From positions 192,001 through 256,000 of the forward strand of contig CAWHHI010000005.1 in the NCBI GenBank assembly GCA_963829055.1: a DNA stretch of 64,000 nt, given 5' to 3'. Positions 23,087-34,469 of the stretch are shown here, piece after piece. Under the pieces are notes generated by a model. The model did not search any database. It saw nothing but the letters and a program-made list of their open reading frames with translations, and was not told the DNA's origin. Numbering within the stretch: position 1 is the first letter of the stretch; each line of letters begins with the position of its first letter. Source of the stretch: an uncultured Gemmatimonadaceae bacterium. Lineage in GTDB: Bacteria > Gemmatimonadota > Gemmatimonadetes > Gemmatimonadales > Gemmatimonadaceae. Both the position numbers and the translations under genes were made by a program.

Positions 23087-24490
23087 CTAGCAGCAGTCCG
23101 TCACGACGTCGAGCAATCGTGCGATGTCGGCCTCGTTACTGGCGATACCTAACGACGCACGGATCGCCCCCACCGGCACGTCCGGACCAAGGCACTCCGC
23201 GAACTTCTCCACCGAGAACCCCTCACGTCGCGCGCGCTCCAGACACGCCGCCGACTCGGCCGCAGGGAATCCGAACGCACGCTCCGCCGCGCCCGGGTTG
23301 CAGAAGCAACCACCACGCACCGACACGCCATTCGCGAGCGCCTTCTGCTCGACCTGCTGGTACGGAAGCACACGTCCATGCCGATCCACGACGTTGAACG
23401 TCACCGTGCCGCCTCGTGCGTGCCCGCCGCTCGGGCCGTAGACAATCGTCATTGCCCGGCCGTTCGAGTGTCGCAACTCGGACAGCCCAGCGAGCAACGT
23501 CGTCGTCAGCTGACCGACACGCGCCTTCACGTTCGACATGCCGATGGTGCCTAACAACTCGAAGCCCGCCGGCAACGCGGCGATCGACGCGAAGTTCGGC
23601 GTGCCGTCCTCGAAGCCCTCCGCGCCTGCCTTGAGCATGTGCGTGCGGTGCTGCACCGAGACGAATTCCACCGTCCCGCCCGCGAACCAGGGCCGCGTCA
23701 GCGACGCGAGCGCGTCGCGCCGTGCGATCAACGCGCCCACTCCCGTCGGGTAGCCGAACATCTTGTAGAACGACAGCGCGACGAAGTCCGGCTGCACCTC
23801 GTCGAGTCGCAGTGCGTTGGTCGGCACGAACGCGGCCGCGTCGAGCAGCACTGCATACCCAGCCCGTTGCGCCGCGTGCACTAGCTCGAGCGGATGCTGC
23901 ACGCCCGAGAAGTTCGACTGCGCTGGAAACGCGAACAGGCTCGGCCCCGCCGCGCGCGTGAGCTCTCGCGCTTCACCGATGAGTCGAAGCTCGTCGTCCA
24001 GCTCCACGTACCTGACCTCGGCTCCTCGTGCCCGCGCGATCTCGCGAATGCCATTCACCGAGTTGTGATTGTCCGCGGAGAGCACCAGGCGAGAGCCGTG
24101 GCAAAACGCGAACGCCTCACCGACGAGACGGAGCGCACCGCTCGCATTCGCGGTGAAGATGACCTCGTACTCCTCCGGATCCGCGGCGAAGAACGCGAGC
24201 GTCAACCGACGCGCGTCCTCGATGATCTCCGTGCTGCGGAGTGACGCCACGCTCTCCGAGTGCGGGTTCCCGAGCACTGACTCGCTGAGAACATCGAGAT
24301 GACCCCGCACCTGTGACTCGGCGAACAGCGCGCTGCCCGTGTAGTCGAGATACACCTCGCCCGAGCGATCCAGACGCCCGAATTCGCGCGTCCGCAGCGC
24401 CGCGAACCACGCGGCATCCCGTACGGTCGCACGCGCTGGCGAGCCAACGCCCGCCGACGCTGTCCCGTGCGCGAACGTTGCGTTCAACAC
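23087..24490 (-). CDS. PLP-dependent class V enzyme, Moco-sulfurase (ABA3/MOCOS) NifS-like domain
   Basis: YLDYTGS, DNHNSV, LDAAA, SFYKMFGYPTGVG, RGGCFCNPG. Confidence 0.8.
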   Translation of the reverse strand: MLNATFAHGTASAGVGSPARATVRDAAWFAALRTREFGRLDRSGEVYLDYTGSALFAESQVRGHLDVLSESVLGNPHSESVASLRSTEIIEDARRLTLAFFAADPEEYEVIFTANASGALRLVGEAFAFCHGSRLVLSADNHNSVNGIREIARARGAEVRYVELDDELRLIGEARELTRAAGPSLFAFPAQSNFSGVQHPLELVHAAQRAGYAVLLDAAAFVPTNALRLDEVQPDFVALSFYKMFGYPTGVGALIARRDALASLTRPWFAGGTVEFVSVQHRTHMLKAGAEGFEDGTPNFASIAALPAGFELLGTIGMSNVKARVGQLTTTLLAGLSELRHSNGRAMTIVYGPSGGHARGGTVTFNVVDRHGRVLPYQQVEQKALANGVSVRGGCFCNPGAAERAFGFPAAESAACLERARREGFSVEKFAECLGPDVPVGAIRASLGIASNEADIARLLDVVTDCC

Positions 24491-25116
24491 GCTCGCCTCC
24501 GAACCTTCCTGATCGCCTCACGCGTGCCCACCGAATGCGGCGACGCCAGCTTGCCGTCGAGCACACTCGGCGTGTCGACGATCTCCATCTTCCCGCCGAA
24601 CCAGAGCGTCAGCGCGCGGATCGAGTCGCGCTGGGCCTGCGGCGCGTTCGCTGCCACACGCGGGTTCATGACCTGCTCCAGCCACTCGTAGAGGCCGCCG
24701 CGCAGGAAGTACACACGCTCGACGCCGCGAGCGCGGAGGAGAAACCACGCCTGCGCGGCGTGCGTGCCGCCCTCCGAGTACAACACGTACGTCGCCGCCG
24801 AGTCGAGCGGCATGCGCGCGATCTCGGCGAGTGGGACTCGCGTGGCGCCGGGCACGTGGAACTCCGCGAACTCGCTGTCCGAACGGATGTCGAGCACGCG
24901 AAGCCCGGCCTTGTCATCGCGAATCCACGTCGCGAGCTCCACCGCCGTGACGTGGTCTTCCTCCTGCTCGACGACGCGCGCGAGCTCCGTCACGTTCACG
25001 GTGCCGCGTGCCGGTCTGGTCGGTGTGCCGGCAACCGCCGCGAGCGCACCGGCGATCACCGCCGCGATTGCGAGGCCTCGCTCGACGCGCGGCGATCGAA
25101 TCTCGCGTGCTGTCAT
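24484..25116 (-). CDS. Membrane-anchored rhodanese-like protein
   Basis: N-terminal TM, VLDIRS..EF..FHVPGA, FLRGGLYEW. The active-site position reads YSEGG (no Cys); the protein ends RRRAC. Confidence 0.75.
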   Translation of the reverse strand: MTAREIRSPRVERGLAIAAVIAGALAAVAGTPTRPARGTVNVTELARVVEQEEDHVTAVELATWIRDDKAGLRVLDIRSDSEFAEFHVPGATRVPLAEIARMPLDSAATYVLYSEGGTHAAQAWFLLRARGVERVYFLRGGLYEWLEQVMNPRVAANAPQAQRDSIRALTLWFGGKMEIVDTPSVLDGKLASPHSVGTREAIRKVRRRAC

Positions 25117-25721
25117 ACGGTCACGTCGGTCGGCTGGGCAGGGCGCTCGGCGTGTCGCTCCAACCATTCTGCCCCCGCGAACACGCCTAACGCCGCTGCC
25201 ACGATGATGCCGACCACCACTCCGTACGAGAGTCCGAGCGCCTGCGGCAGCGTCCACGCGCCGCGCGCCGTGCTGTCCGCGAATCCACCAATTGCGGGAA
25301 ACGCCTCGCCGAACACGAACACGCCGACAAGCATACCCGCGATGAGCGCCCATCCATCCTTTCGTCCAGTCGCCGCGGCCACGCACGACGTGCCCGGGCA
25401 GAGCCCGCCCGTCGCGAACCCTACGCCGAACACCAACCCGCCCACGATCTGTGGCGCGATGAACGTTTCCGGCACGTAGATGCGGGAGAGATCGAGCAGC
25501 CCCGCCCACGACAGCCAGAACAGCCCGAGCATCGCCGTCAGGATGGCGCTGAACATGAGCTTCAGCACCGAGAGGTCCGTGAAGTAGAACTGACCCGCGA
25601 GCTTGCGCGCGTTGCCCATGCCGCCACGCTCGAGGAACCAGCCGAACGCGATCCCGAGCAGCACCGCGACGACGAGGCTCATCCCGTCGCCGAAGCGACC
25701 GAGCTCGTAGAACGGCGCCAT
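25113..25721 (-). CDS. YeeE/YedE family sulfur-compound transporter subunit
   Basis: FGWFLERGG, GGLVFGVG...GLCPGT. Confidence 0.85.
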   Translation of the reverse strand: MAPFYELGRFGDGMSLVVAVLLGIAFGWFLERGGMGNARKLAGQFYFTDLSVLKLMFSAILTAMLGLFWLSWAGLLDLSRIYVPETFIAPQIVGGLVFGVGFATGGLCPGTSCVAAATGRKDGWALIAGMLVGVFVFGEAFPAIGGFADSTARGAWTLPQALGLSYGVVVGIIVAAALGVFAGAEWLERHAERPAQPTDVTV

Positions 25722-26311
25722 CACTGCCACGCCTTCCGAAGCAGCGGGGCCGCCGCGTACGCGCCGGCGAACGCGGCGACCACGAAGAGCCAACTGCCGA
25801 CACTGAGGGTTGCGCCTCCCGTTAGGCCAAGTCCGCTCGTGCAGCCGCGGGCGAGCTTCGCGCCGACGCCCATTGCCGCTCCGCCCGCGAATGCATTCAC
25901 CAGACGACGACGGTCGGTGATCGCTGGTCCCCGCTCTGTCGTCCATCGCAGTCGTCCGGCGAGGAGTCCGGACGCCAGTCCGCCGATGAGCACGCCGAGC
26001 ACCTCGAACACCAACCAGTCGCCGAGCGGGCTCGCGGCGCCGTCAGCGAGGTAACGGGCGTAGAAGGCGTTCCCCGCCGCGTGACCGGGCGCCGCGGCTT
26101 GCACCGTGGCGGTCACGACGCTCGAGAACGCGCCCGACGCCCCGAGCCCTCGGCCCATCAGGACGAACGAGAGCAGTAGCACGATCCCGATGCCCACGCC
26201 CGCGAGGTACGGGCTCGTATACGGCGCGGCCTCACGCCGCGCGCGCACCCGTACCTCTGCGGTGGTCGCACCTAACGCGTTTCCGGCTGCGATCGTTGAC
26301 ATGTCGCTCAC
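25721..26311 (-). CDS. YeeE/YedE family sulfur-compound transporter subunit
   Basis: SPYLAGVGIG, GLGASGAF, GAKLARGCTSG. Confidence 0.85.
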   Translation of the reverse strand: MSDMSTIAAGNALGATTAEVRVRARREAAPYTSPYLAGVGIGIVLLLSFVLMGRGLGASGAFSSVVTATVQAAAPGHAAGNAFYARYLADGAASPLGDWLVFEVLGVLIGGLASGLLAGRLRWTTERGPAITDRRRLVNAFAGGAAMGVGAKLARGCTSGLGLTGGATLSVGSWLFVVAAFAGAYAAAPLLRKAWQ

Positions 26312-26324
26312 GCGTCCCCTTCGC

Positions 26325-27305
26325 TCAGCTGCCCTTGCGGGAGCTCTCGGTGGGAAGCTGGCGCATCGACCAGTCCTGGAACGATCCGTCGTACAGCTTC
26401 ACGTTGTAGCCCAGGGCCTCGGCCGCAAACAGCATGGCGGTCGCCTGCTGGCCAATGTGGCAGTACCCGATGATCGTGTCGTTAGGCTTGACGCCCGCGG
26501 CCGCGAACAGCTCGCGGAGCTTGGCATCCGGCAGCAGATGGTTCGTCTCGTCGAACACGCTCTCGAACACGACGTTCACGCTGCCCGGCACGTGGCCCGG
26601 CACGACGCGCCGCCGCTGGTGCCCTGCAGCGTCAGTGCCCGAGGGCTCCTGAATCGGGCCGTCGTAGAACATCGTGTTGCGCGCGTCGACGATCACGTAC
26701 CCGGGCGTCCGGATGTGCGCCTTCACGAAATCGGCGTCGACGACGAGCGGTACCGTCGGGCGTGCGGCGAGTGTGCCCGGCTTCGGCGCCGCAGGAACGT
26801 CCCTGGTGATCGGACGATTTCCTTTCTTCCACTCGGGCATGCCGCCGTCGAGAATGGACGCCCGCGCGCCGAGTCCCGCGTATTGCAGCGTGAGCAGCGC
26901 TCGAGTGGAGGGGGACACCCAATCATTGCCGTAGTAGATCACGACACGTGAGTCGTCCGAGATGCCGAGCTGCTGGAGACGCTGTCGCAGCTCGTCCGGC
27001 GCCAGCATCTCGAGCGCGAGCTTCGTCGTGTCCATCGTCATCGGCGACGAGACGTCATGGAGCTCGAGGAAGCGCGCGCCGGGGATGTGGCCGGCGTCAT
27101 ACTCCGGCTTCTCTCCGACGTGGAGCAGCACGAGCTTCGGGTTCTTGAGCTGCGTGGCAAGCCAGTCGCTCGTGACGAGAAGGTCGTTGCGCGTGAGCTT
27201 GCCGGTCGGTGTTGTGTTCTGCGCCGCGGCGGCCGCGACGGTTGTCGCGAGCAACGCGATCAACACGGGCGCGCCTCGCGTGAGCGGGCGGAGTCGGTCC
27301 AACAT
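26325..27305 (-). CDS. Periplasmic two-domain sulfurtransferase (rhodanese)
   Basis: Signal peptide, GHIPGA, LDGG..EW, GHVPGS, YCHIGQQA, LYDGSFQDW. Confidence 0.88.
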   Translation of the reverse strand: MLDRLRPLTRGAPVLIALLATTVAAAAAQNTTPTGKLTRNDLLVTSDWLATQLKNPKLVLLHVGEKPEYDAGHIPGARFLELHDVSSPMTMDTTKLALEMLAPDELRQRLQQLGISDDSRVVIYYGNDWVSPSTRALLTLQYAGLGARASILDGGMPEWKKGNRPITRDVPAAPKPGTLAARPTVPLVVDADFVKAHIRTPGYVIVDARNTMFYDGPIQEPSGTDAAGHQRRRVVPGHVPGSVNVVFESVFDETNHLLPDAKLRELFAAAGVKPNDTIIGYCHIGQQATAMLFAAEALGYNVKLYDGSFQDWSMRQLPTESSRKGS

Positions 27306-27638
27306 GTCGGATGTCCTCGTGGCTGGTTGTTCGGGGGCGGCGGCCAATCGCTGACCGCACGTGGCGAGGACGATACGCGAGGGGATCGCGCTGGTGGCGG
27401 TGAAACTGTCCTTCGTTGGTCGCCGATGCGTGCGAGGGATGTGCGCGATCTGTGATGGCGACGCTGTCACGCGCCTCGTGGGCGCTGCCTGACGACTCGT
27501 CCCAGTTGTCCTCCGCGGCGGACGCTAGTTCGTCGCACGGCATGGACGATGTCGCACGTCCCATCGTCGGTAGAGCCCGAGTGACTACACGGAGATGGCG
27601 GTGCTAGCGCGCATCGGTTCCTGGCGAGCGACGCGCAT

Positions 27639-27845
27639 GTGCTCAGCGCGCTGCGCAGTCACGCGGCCCGCCTCGGCGCGAATGGATTGCTGCTCCTCAA
27701 CACGCGCGGCTCTGGCGGCGTGCGCGGTTCCGGAACCGGCGTGGTGATTGGTGGTCCCCGGTCCGGTGAGGTCGTGGTCGGCAACGTACAGACCGACGTC
27801 GACGAATTCGAGCGCGCGGTGGCGATCCGCTACCGACCGCGTTAG
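27639..27845 (+). CDS. Short hypothetical protein or gene fragment
   Basis: LRSHAARLGANGLLL resembles the AAxLGAnavi motif of YbjQ-like proteins. Likely truncated. Confidence 0.35.
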   Translation: MLSALRSHAARLGANGLLLLNTRGSGGVRGSGTGVVIGGPRSGEVVVGNVQTDVDEFERAVAIRYRPR

Positions 27846-27862
27846 GCGACCGGCCCGAGGCG

Positions 27863-28534
27863 TCACGCCGATCGGCGTGACGCCTCGGGCTCCTGATCGG
27901 ACTGGTCAGGGTTGAACGCCCGCGCGGCGAGCCGCCGCGCGTGGTCGCGCACGTCGTCCGGCCACTCGGACGTCATCTCGGTGAACCGCGCCTCGTCGTT
28001 GGCGAACAGCGCACGCGTCGCTTCCTCGAACCCGCGCTCGTTCCCCGCCATCGCGGACATGAAGCGGTACGCCGACTCCTGAGCCTTCCGCCGGCGATCC
28101 GTCGCGGCGAGTGACTGCCGAGCTGCGTCCACGAGTCTTCGTACCGCGGCGGACGCGCCGCCGGGCTGCGTGGCCAGCCACTCCCAGTGACGCGGCAGCA
28201 GTGTCACTTCACGCGCCACGACTCCCAGTTTGGGACGCCCCCGTCCGCGCGCTGCTTCGCCCTCGCGGTAGGGCGACCCGTCGGCCTCGGCACTCGAAGA
28301 CTCATCAGCTGACGGTGCGGAGTCGCCGGTAATCCTGGCGATCACGTCGGCGTCGGTCCCGCGGAAGTCGACGTCGATGACCTGACTCGTCGCGTCGTCG
28401 AAAATCAGAACGGAATCCTGTGCGCCCGCGGCGACGGCCTGCTTTGCGGCGATAGCGACGTCGGTAAGGAGTCCGGAGCTGATGCGACGCGAACCGACGA
28501 ACGCGATGCATTGGGGAATGGTCGATTCATTCAC
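27863..28534 (-). CDS. DUF2239 family protein
   Basis: LIFDDATSQVIDVDFRG, GRPKLGVVAREVTLLPRHWEWL, FMSAMAGN. Confidence 0.9.
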   Translation of the reverse strand: MNESTIPQCIAFVGSRRISSGLLTDVAIAAKQAVAAGAQDSVLIFDDATSQVIDVDFRGTDADVIARITGDSAPSADESSSAEADGSPYREGEAARGRGRPKLGVVAREVTLLPRHWEWLATQPGGASAAVRRLVDAARQSLAATDRRRKAQESAYRFMSAMAGNERGFEEATRALFANDEARFTEMTSEWPDDVRDHARRLAARAFNPDQSDQEPEASRRSA

Positions 28535-28567
28535 TGGCGTATACCCGTTTGAGCGGTGAGGAGCCGC

Positions 28568-28609
28568 ATTATATCCGGGTATTAATACCCGGTCAATACC
28601 ATCCGGGTA
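28568..28609 (-). promoter_or_regulatory. Sigma70 promoter TTGACC-17-TATAAT with overlapping palindromic operator
   Basis: -35 at 28596-28591, -10 at 28573-28568; palindrome CCGGGTATTAATACCCGG 28575-28592; extra ATCCGGGTA 28601-28609. Confidence 0.8.
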
Positions 28610-28634
28610 AAAATGTCCCACGCACAGCCCTGCG

Positions 28635-30814
28635 TCAGCCGCGCGGCAGGGTCAGGATGAACCGCGAGCCAACCCCGGGCGTACTCTGCACCGCGATGTC
28701 GCCACCCATCGCCCGCGCGAGATCGCGACTGATCGAGAGACCGAGCCCCGTGCCGGGGTTCGTCCCCGAACGCCCCCGCTCGAGTTGCACAAATGGTTCG
28801 AAGATCGCCTCGAGCTTGTCCGGCGGCACGCCGGTCCCCGTGTCCTGCACGTGGACGGACAGCGAATTCGCCGTCGCATCACACTCGACGGTGATGCTGC
28901 CGCCTAACGGCGTGAACTTCGCCGCGTTCGAGAGCAGGTTCAGGAGAATCTGCTGCATCCGATCGCGATCGACCCGGGCCACGTAGCCGCTGTCGCACGA
29001 GCGGTACTCGTAGTGCAGCTGCTTCTCGAGCAACTGCGGCGCGATGAGCGCCTCCAGCTCGCGGAGCGCGTCGTGCATCGCGACGGCCTGGACGTCGAAC
29101 TGGACGCGGCCGGCTTCGATCTTCGCGAAGTTCAGGATGTCGTTGATGAGCGAGAGCAGGTGATGCTGATTCTGGCGGATCCGCTCCAGGTCGGCGCGCT
29201 GGGCATTGGTGATGGGGCCGCGGATCCCGTCCGTCAGGAGCGCCGCATAGCCGCCGATCGCGTTCAGCGGCGTCCGCAGCTCGTGCGACATGCTCGCGAG
29301 GAAGTCCGACTTGGCCTTGTTGGCGAGCTCCGCCTCCGCTCGCGCACTGCGCTCCGCCGCGTAGAGCCGGGCGTTGTCCATGGCGATCGCCGCCGACGAT
29401 GCGATGCCTAACGCCAGACGCTCGGCCCTCGACGTAAAGACGCCGACGTTCGCGTGGCCGAAGAACAACCCGCCAATGACCTCGCCGTTGCGCGAGATCA
29501 CCGGTACCGCGAGGTAGCTCCGCACCGGCAAGTGCCCCTTGGGCATCCCGTGATGCGGCGCCATCGTCCCGTACCGCGGGTCGGCGGTGATGTCGTCGCT
29601 CCGGACGATCGCCGTCCCGTAGAACGTCGGCGCGAACACCGGCGTCGCTCGCGGGTGCCCGAAATTCTCGAACGCCTCACGCGGCGCGCCCGACAACGTG
29701 TACAACGTGTACTTCCCGCCGTGGCGGTCGGTCACGTTGTAGAAGAACGCGCCGAACTGCGCCCCGGTCAGTCCGGTGGCCGCGTCGGTGACGGTCTGGA
29801 CAATCCGCTCCACATCCAGCTCCGACGTCAACACGCCCGAGATGTCGTTCAGCGTCTCGACGAGACTCGTCTCCTCGCGGCGCGCTTCCTCGGCCTGCTT
29901 CTCGTCCTCGATATCATCGAGCGTGCCCACCCACTCACGAACGTTGCCATGGTCATCGAGCACCGGCACGCCGCGGGCACGCTGCCAGCGATAGCTGCCG
30001 TTCGCCAGGCGCAGGCGATACTCGTTCTGATAGATGCCCCGCGACTCGAACGCGCTCCACCACGCCGTCGCGCTCCGCGCCCTGTCGTCCGGATGCAGCG
30101 CATCCAGCCAACCCGACCCGCGAACCTCGTCCTTCGTCTGGCCGGTCAGCGTCCGCCAGTGCGGCATGTCCTCGACCATGCCATGCGCGTCGGTGTTCCA
30201 CACGAGCTGCGTACTCGCCTCCACCAGCGCGCGGTAGCGATCCTCGCTCCGCTTCGCCTCGATGCTTGCCTGGTGCAGATGCTCGTTCGCCTGTTCGAGT
30301 TCCTCCGCCAGCGCCTGCGCCTCGTCCACCTGCTGTTCCAGCTCCGCCGTGCGCTCCAGAAGGTCTCGTTCGGCGCGCGCGATCCGCACAGCACCGCGAA
30401 TCGCCTGCGCGAGACGGTCGGGGACGATGGGATCGTTAGGAATGACGTTATGCGCCCCTGCACGCTCGAGCTCGGCCGCGTTCCGTAGCGACGCACGCGG
30501 CACCAGTGCGACCACCCCACCTGTCCACATGCGTGGATGAGCGCGCGAAGCGTGGCCACCACACGTTCGACATCGTCGGTCTCGTCCACCAACACACAGT
30601 CGAACGGACGCCGCGATGCTTCACCGCTCAGTGAACCGAGCGCCGTACTCGCATCCGGCACCCGATGGAGCTCAGCGCGATCAAATGCCGAGGCCGCCAG
30701 TGCCTGCTGCACTGCGGCGGCGGTATCGGCGTGCGTCGTCACCAGCAGGAGCGCTAGCCCGGCCCCGTTAGGGTCGAGCACCACACCCGTTCTACTAATC
30801 GATGATCCGGTCAC
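28635..30814 (-). CDS. Receiver-like/PAS/GAF histidine kinase, frameshift near 30530
   Basis: FDCVLVDE (receiver-like), PAS (WLDALHPDDR), GAF (VRSYLAVPV), MSHELRTPLNAI, NAAKFT. Confidence 0.8.
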
Positions 30815-31045
30815 GGTTCCATGATGTCTGCGTCGCGCGCGTACGCTCGGATGCTTCAGCACGTAAGCAATTTCCGAGCGCTGCCGCAGGAGGAACCGAC
30901 GACTGCGCTGAACGGTGACGGCTACCGAACTTCCGGGGCGACATTCGAGAGACTCTCGCCACGGCGGCTGACGAAAGGATTCGACGTCAGGCGCAGTGAT
31001 CCGGGGCGGCCGGCTCACCATGCTCGACGCCCGCGCAACGCTCGT

Positions 31046-31195
31046 GTGAACGCGATCGCGCGGCACATCCAGCTTCTCGAGATGGAGATTCACGGCCGGC
31101 TGTCCGACGCACAGCGCGACGCGCTCGTCCGCGTGGAGCGAAACCAGCGCCATCTGCTGTCACTGATCAACGACCTCCTCGACCCAACCGCGTAG
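31046..31195 (+). other. Stand-alone HisKA (DHp)-like fragment
   Basis: VNAIARHIQLLEMEIHGRLSDAQRDALVRVERNQRHLLSLINDLLD* aligns with the DHp helices of both kinases in this window. Confidence 0.6.
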
Positions 31196-31200
31196 TCGCG

Positions 31201-31857
31201 TTAGGCGGCGGTGCTGGTCAGCCGGGCGCTCGACAGACGGTCGAGCATTTGCGCGGCGGCATCGAAATGCTGGCGGACGTCGAACCCCTTCGGGTCGATC
31301 ACGGACTGCAGGGCGCAGCCGTGAATGAGACTCACCGCGACGCTGGCCACGCCTTCCGCCGTCGCCACCGCCGTCGGCGTAGCCGCTGCCGTGGTGCCCG
31401 CAGACATGGATGGGTCAGCGGTCACGACGGCTGCCGCAACTTCTCTGAACGCGGCACGGTACTCCTCGAGCACTACGCGAATCCGCTGCCGGATCGCGGT
31501 GTTGCGCACGCCAGTGGTCCAGTAGTCGAGAAACAACCGGAAATGCCTCGGATCGGTGGACAGTCGATCCATCTCGGCCCGGAGCAACGCGTGCATCCGG
31601 TCCGAGGGCCGAGTGATCTGGGCGACGCCGTCGGGAATGCGGAGCACCGCGGTCGCGTACAACACGCGATCGAGCAGACTCGCCACGAGCTCGTGCTTCC
31701 GCTTGAAGTGGAACAGCACGGTCCCGTGACTCACGTCGGCTCGCGCCGCGACCGCGCGGAGCGTCAGGGCCTCGAGGCCCTGACGCGCGGCCACGTCGTA
31801 CGCGGCGCGCAGGATGTCTTCGCGCCGCGTTTCTTCAGAAACCTTTCGTCCAACCAT
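31201..31857 (-). CDS. TetR family regulator (BetI-like C-terminus)
   Basis: RREDILRAA...GLEALTLRAVAARADVSHGTVLFHFKRK. Confidence 0.9.
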   Translation of the reverse strand: MVGRKVSEETRREDILRAAYDVAARQGLEALTLRAVAARADVSHGTVLFHFKRKHELVASLLDRVLYATAVLRIPDGVAQITRPSDRMHALLRAEMDRLSTDPRHFRLFLDYWTTGVRNTAIRQRIRVVLEEYRAAFREVAAAVVTADPSMSAGTTAAATPTAVATAEGVASVAVSLIHGCALQSVIDPKGFDVRQHFDAAAQMLDRLSSARLTSTAA

Positions 31858-31971
31858 TGCAGCTCCTCATGACGACGCGCGGTGTAGTGGATCGCGAGTG
31901 AGATGTTGAGAGCAGACGAGGCAGGCCGTAATGCCAGAATCGCCTGCTCTCAACATCTCACGCCCGCACTA

Positions 31972-33684
<1,713 letters not shown>

Positions 33685-33704
33685 TCAGCGCCCGGTTCCC
33701 GTGC

Positions 33705-34013
33705 TCAGGACAGCACGGCCAGAACGTCGCTCTCGCGGAGGATGAGAAGCGCCTCGCCGTCGATCGTGACTTCAGTGCCGCTGTATTTCCCGTACAGAAC
33801 CTTGTCGCCGACCTTCACTTCCATCGGCACGCGCTTGCCGTCGTCGAATCGGCCTGGGCCGGCAGCGACGATCTCGCCCTGCTGCGGCTTTTCCTTCGCG
33901 GTGTCGGGGATGAACAGTCCGCCGCGCGTCTGCTCGTTGCCTTCGAGTGACCGGACGACGACACGGTCCGCGAGCGGACCAACGTTGATGGATGTCGCGC
34001 TCTTGGTGGCCAT
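33705..34013 (-). CDS. groES: Co-chaperonin GroES
   Basis: [31 protein letters not shown]. Confidence 0.98.
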   Translation of the reverse strand: MATKSATSINVGPLADRVVVRSLEGNEQTRGGLFIPDTAKEKPQQGEIVAAGPGRFDDGKRVPMEVKVGDKVLYGKYSGTEVTIDGEALLILRESDVLAVLS

Positions 34014-34074
34014 GGGTCGTGCGCCTCGCTGCTAGGTGGGACCGGGCGCAGGCAGATTGAACAGCGCCCAGCAG

Positions 34075-34128
34075 TCATTGACCAGTTGGATAATGAAGCA
34101 TACCTGTTTTCATCCAGTTGGTCAATGA
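34075..34128 (-). promoter_or_regulatory. groES sigma70 promoter TTGACC-17-TATGCT with two TetR-type operators
   Basis: -35 at 34125-34120, -10 at 34102-34097; boxes TTGACCAGTTGGATAA (34078-34093) and TCATCCAGTTGGTCAA (34110-34125). Confidence 0.75.
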
Positions 34129-34421
34129 GCCGTTGACCGTGCCCACAGGGTGTGCTACGTTTCGCGCTCGATCCGTCCGGCAACCACTCGAGATTCGGTG
34201 TCGTATGCGTTCTCGTCGCATGACTGCTGCCAACAGGCGGAACTCGATCGCGGGCCGCTGGCGTCCGTGGCTCTGGGACAGTGTGCCCGACGACATGGCC
34301 GCGAATGATGCGCCGTCCGAGGCCCCGATCGACGGGCCTTCGCGCGAGCAGATTTCGCTCTGGGCCGACGACGCCGCGTTAGGTCCGAGCGGCCCGCAGC
34401 TGCGACTGGAGTAGCGCACGG

Positions 34422-34451
34422 CGTGGGACCGCGGCGCGCCGCGGTCCCACG
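34422..34451. terminator. Perfect 30-bp palindrome downstream of the TolC-family gene
   Basis: CGTGGGACCGCGGCG|CGCCGCGGTCCCACG. Confidence 0.55.
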
Positions 34452-34469
34452 TGTTGGTGATCCGTTCTC

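Noticed and set aside
34132..34158. CIRCE element upstream of groES
   Set aside because: Only one arm (GTAGCACAC, minus strand) resembles TTAGCACTC; the second arm does not match.
34118..34414. Small ORF divergent from groES
   Set aside because: No recognisable motif or clear RBS; cannot be supported as a gene.
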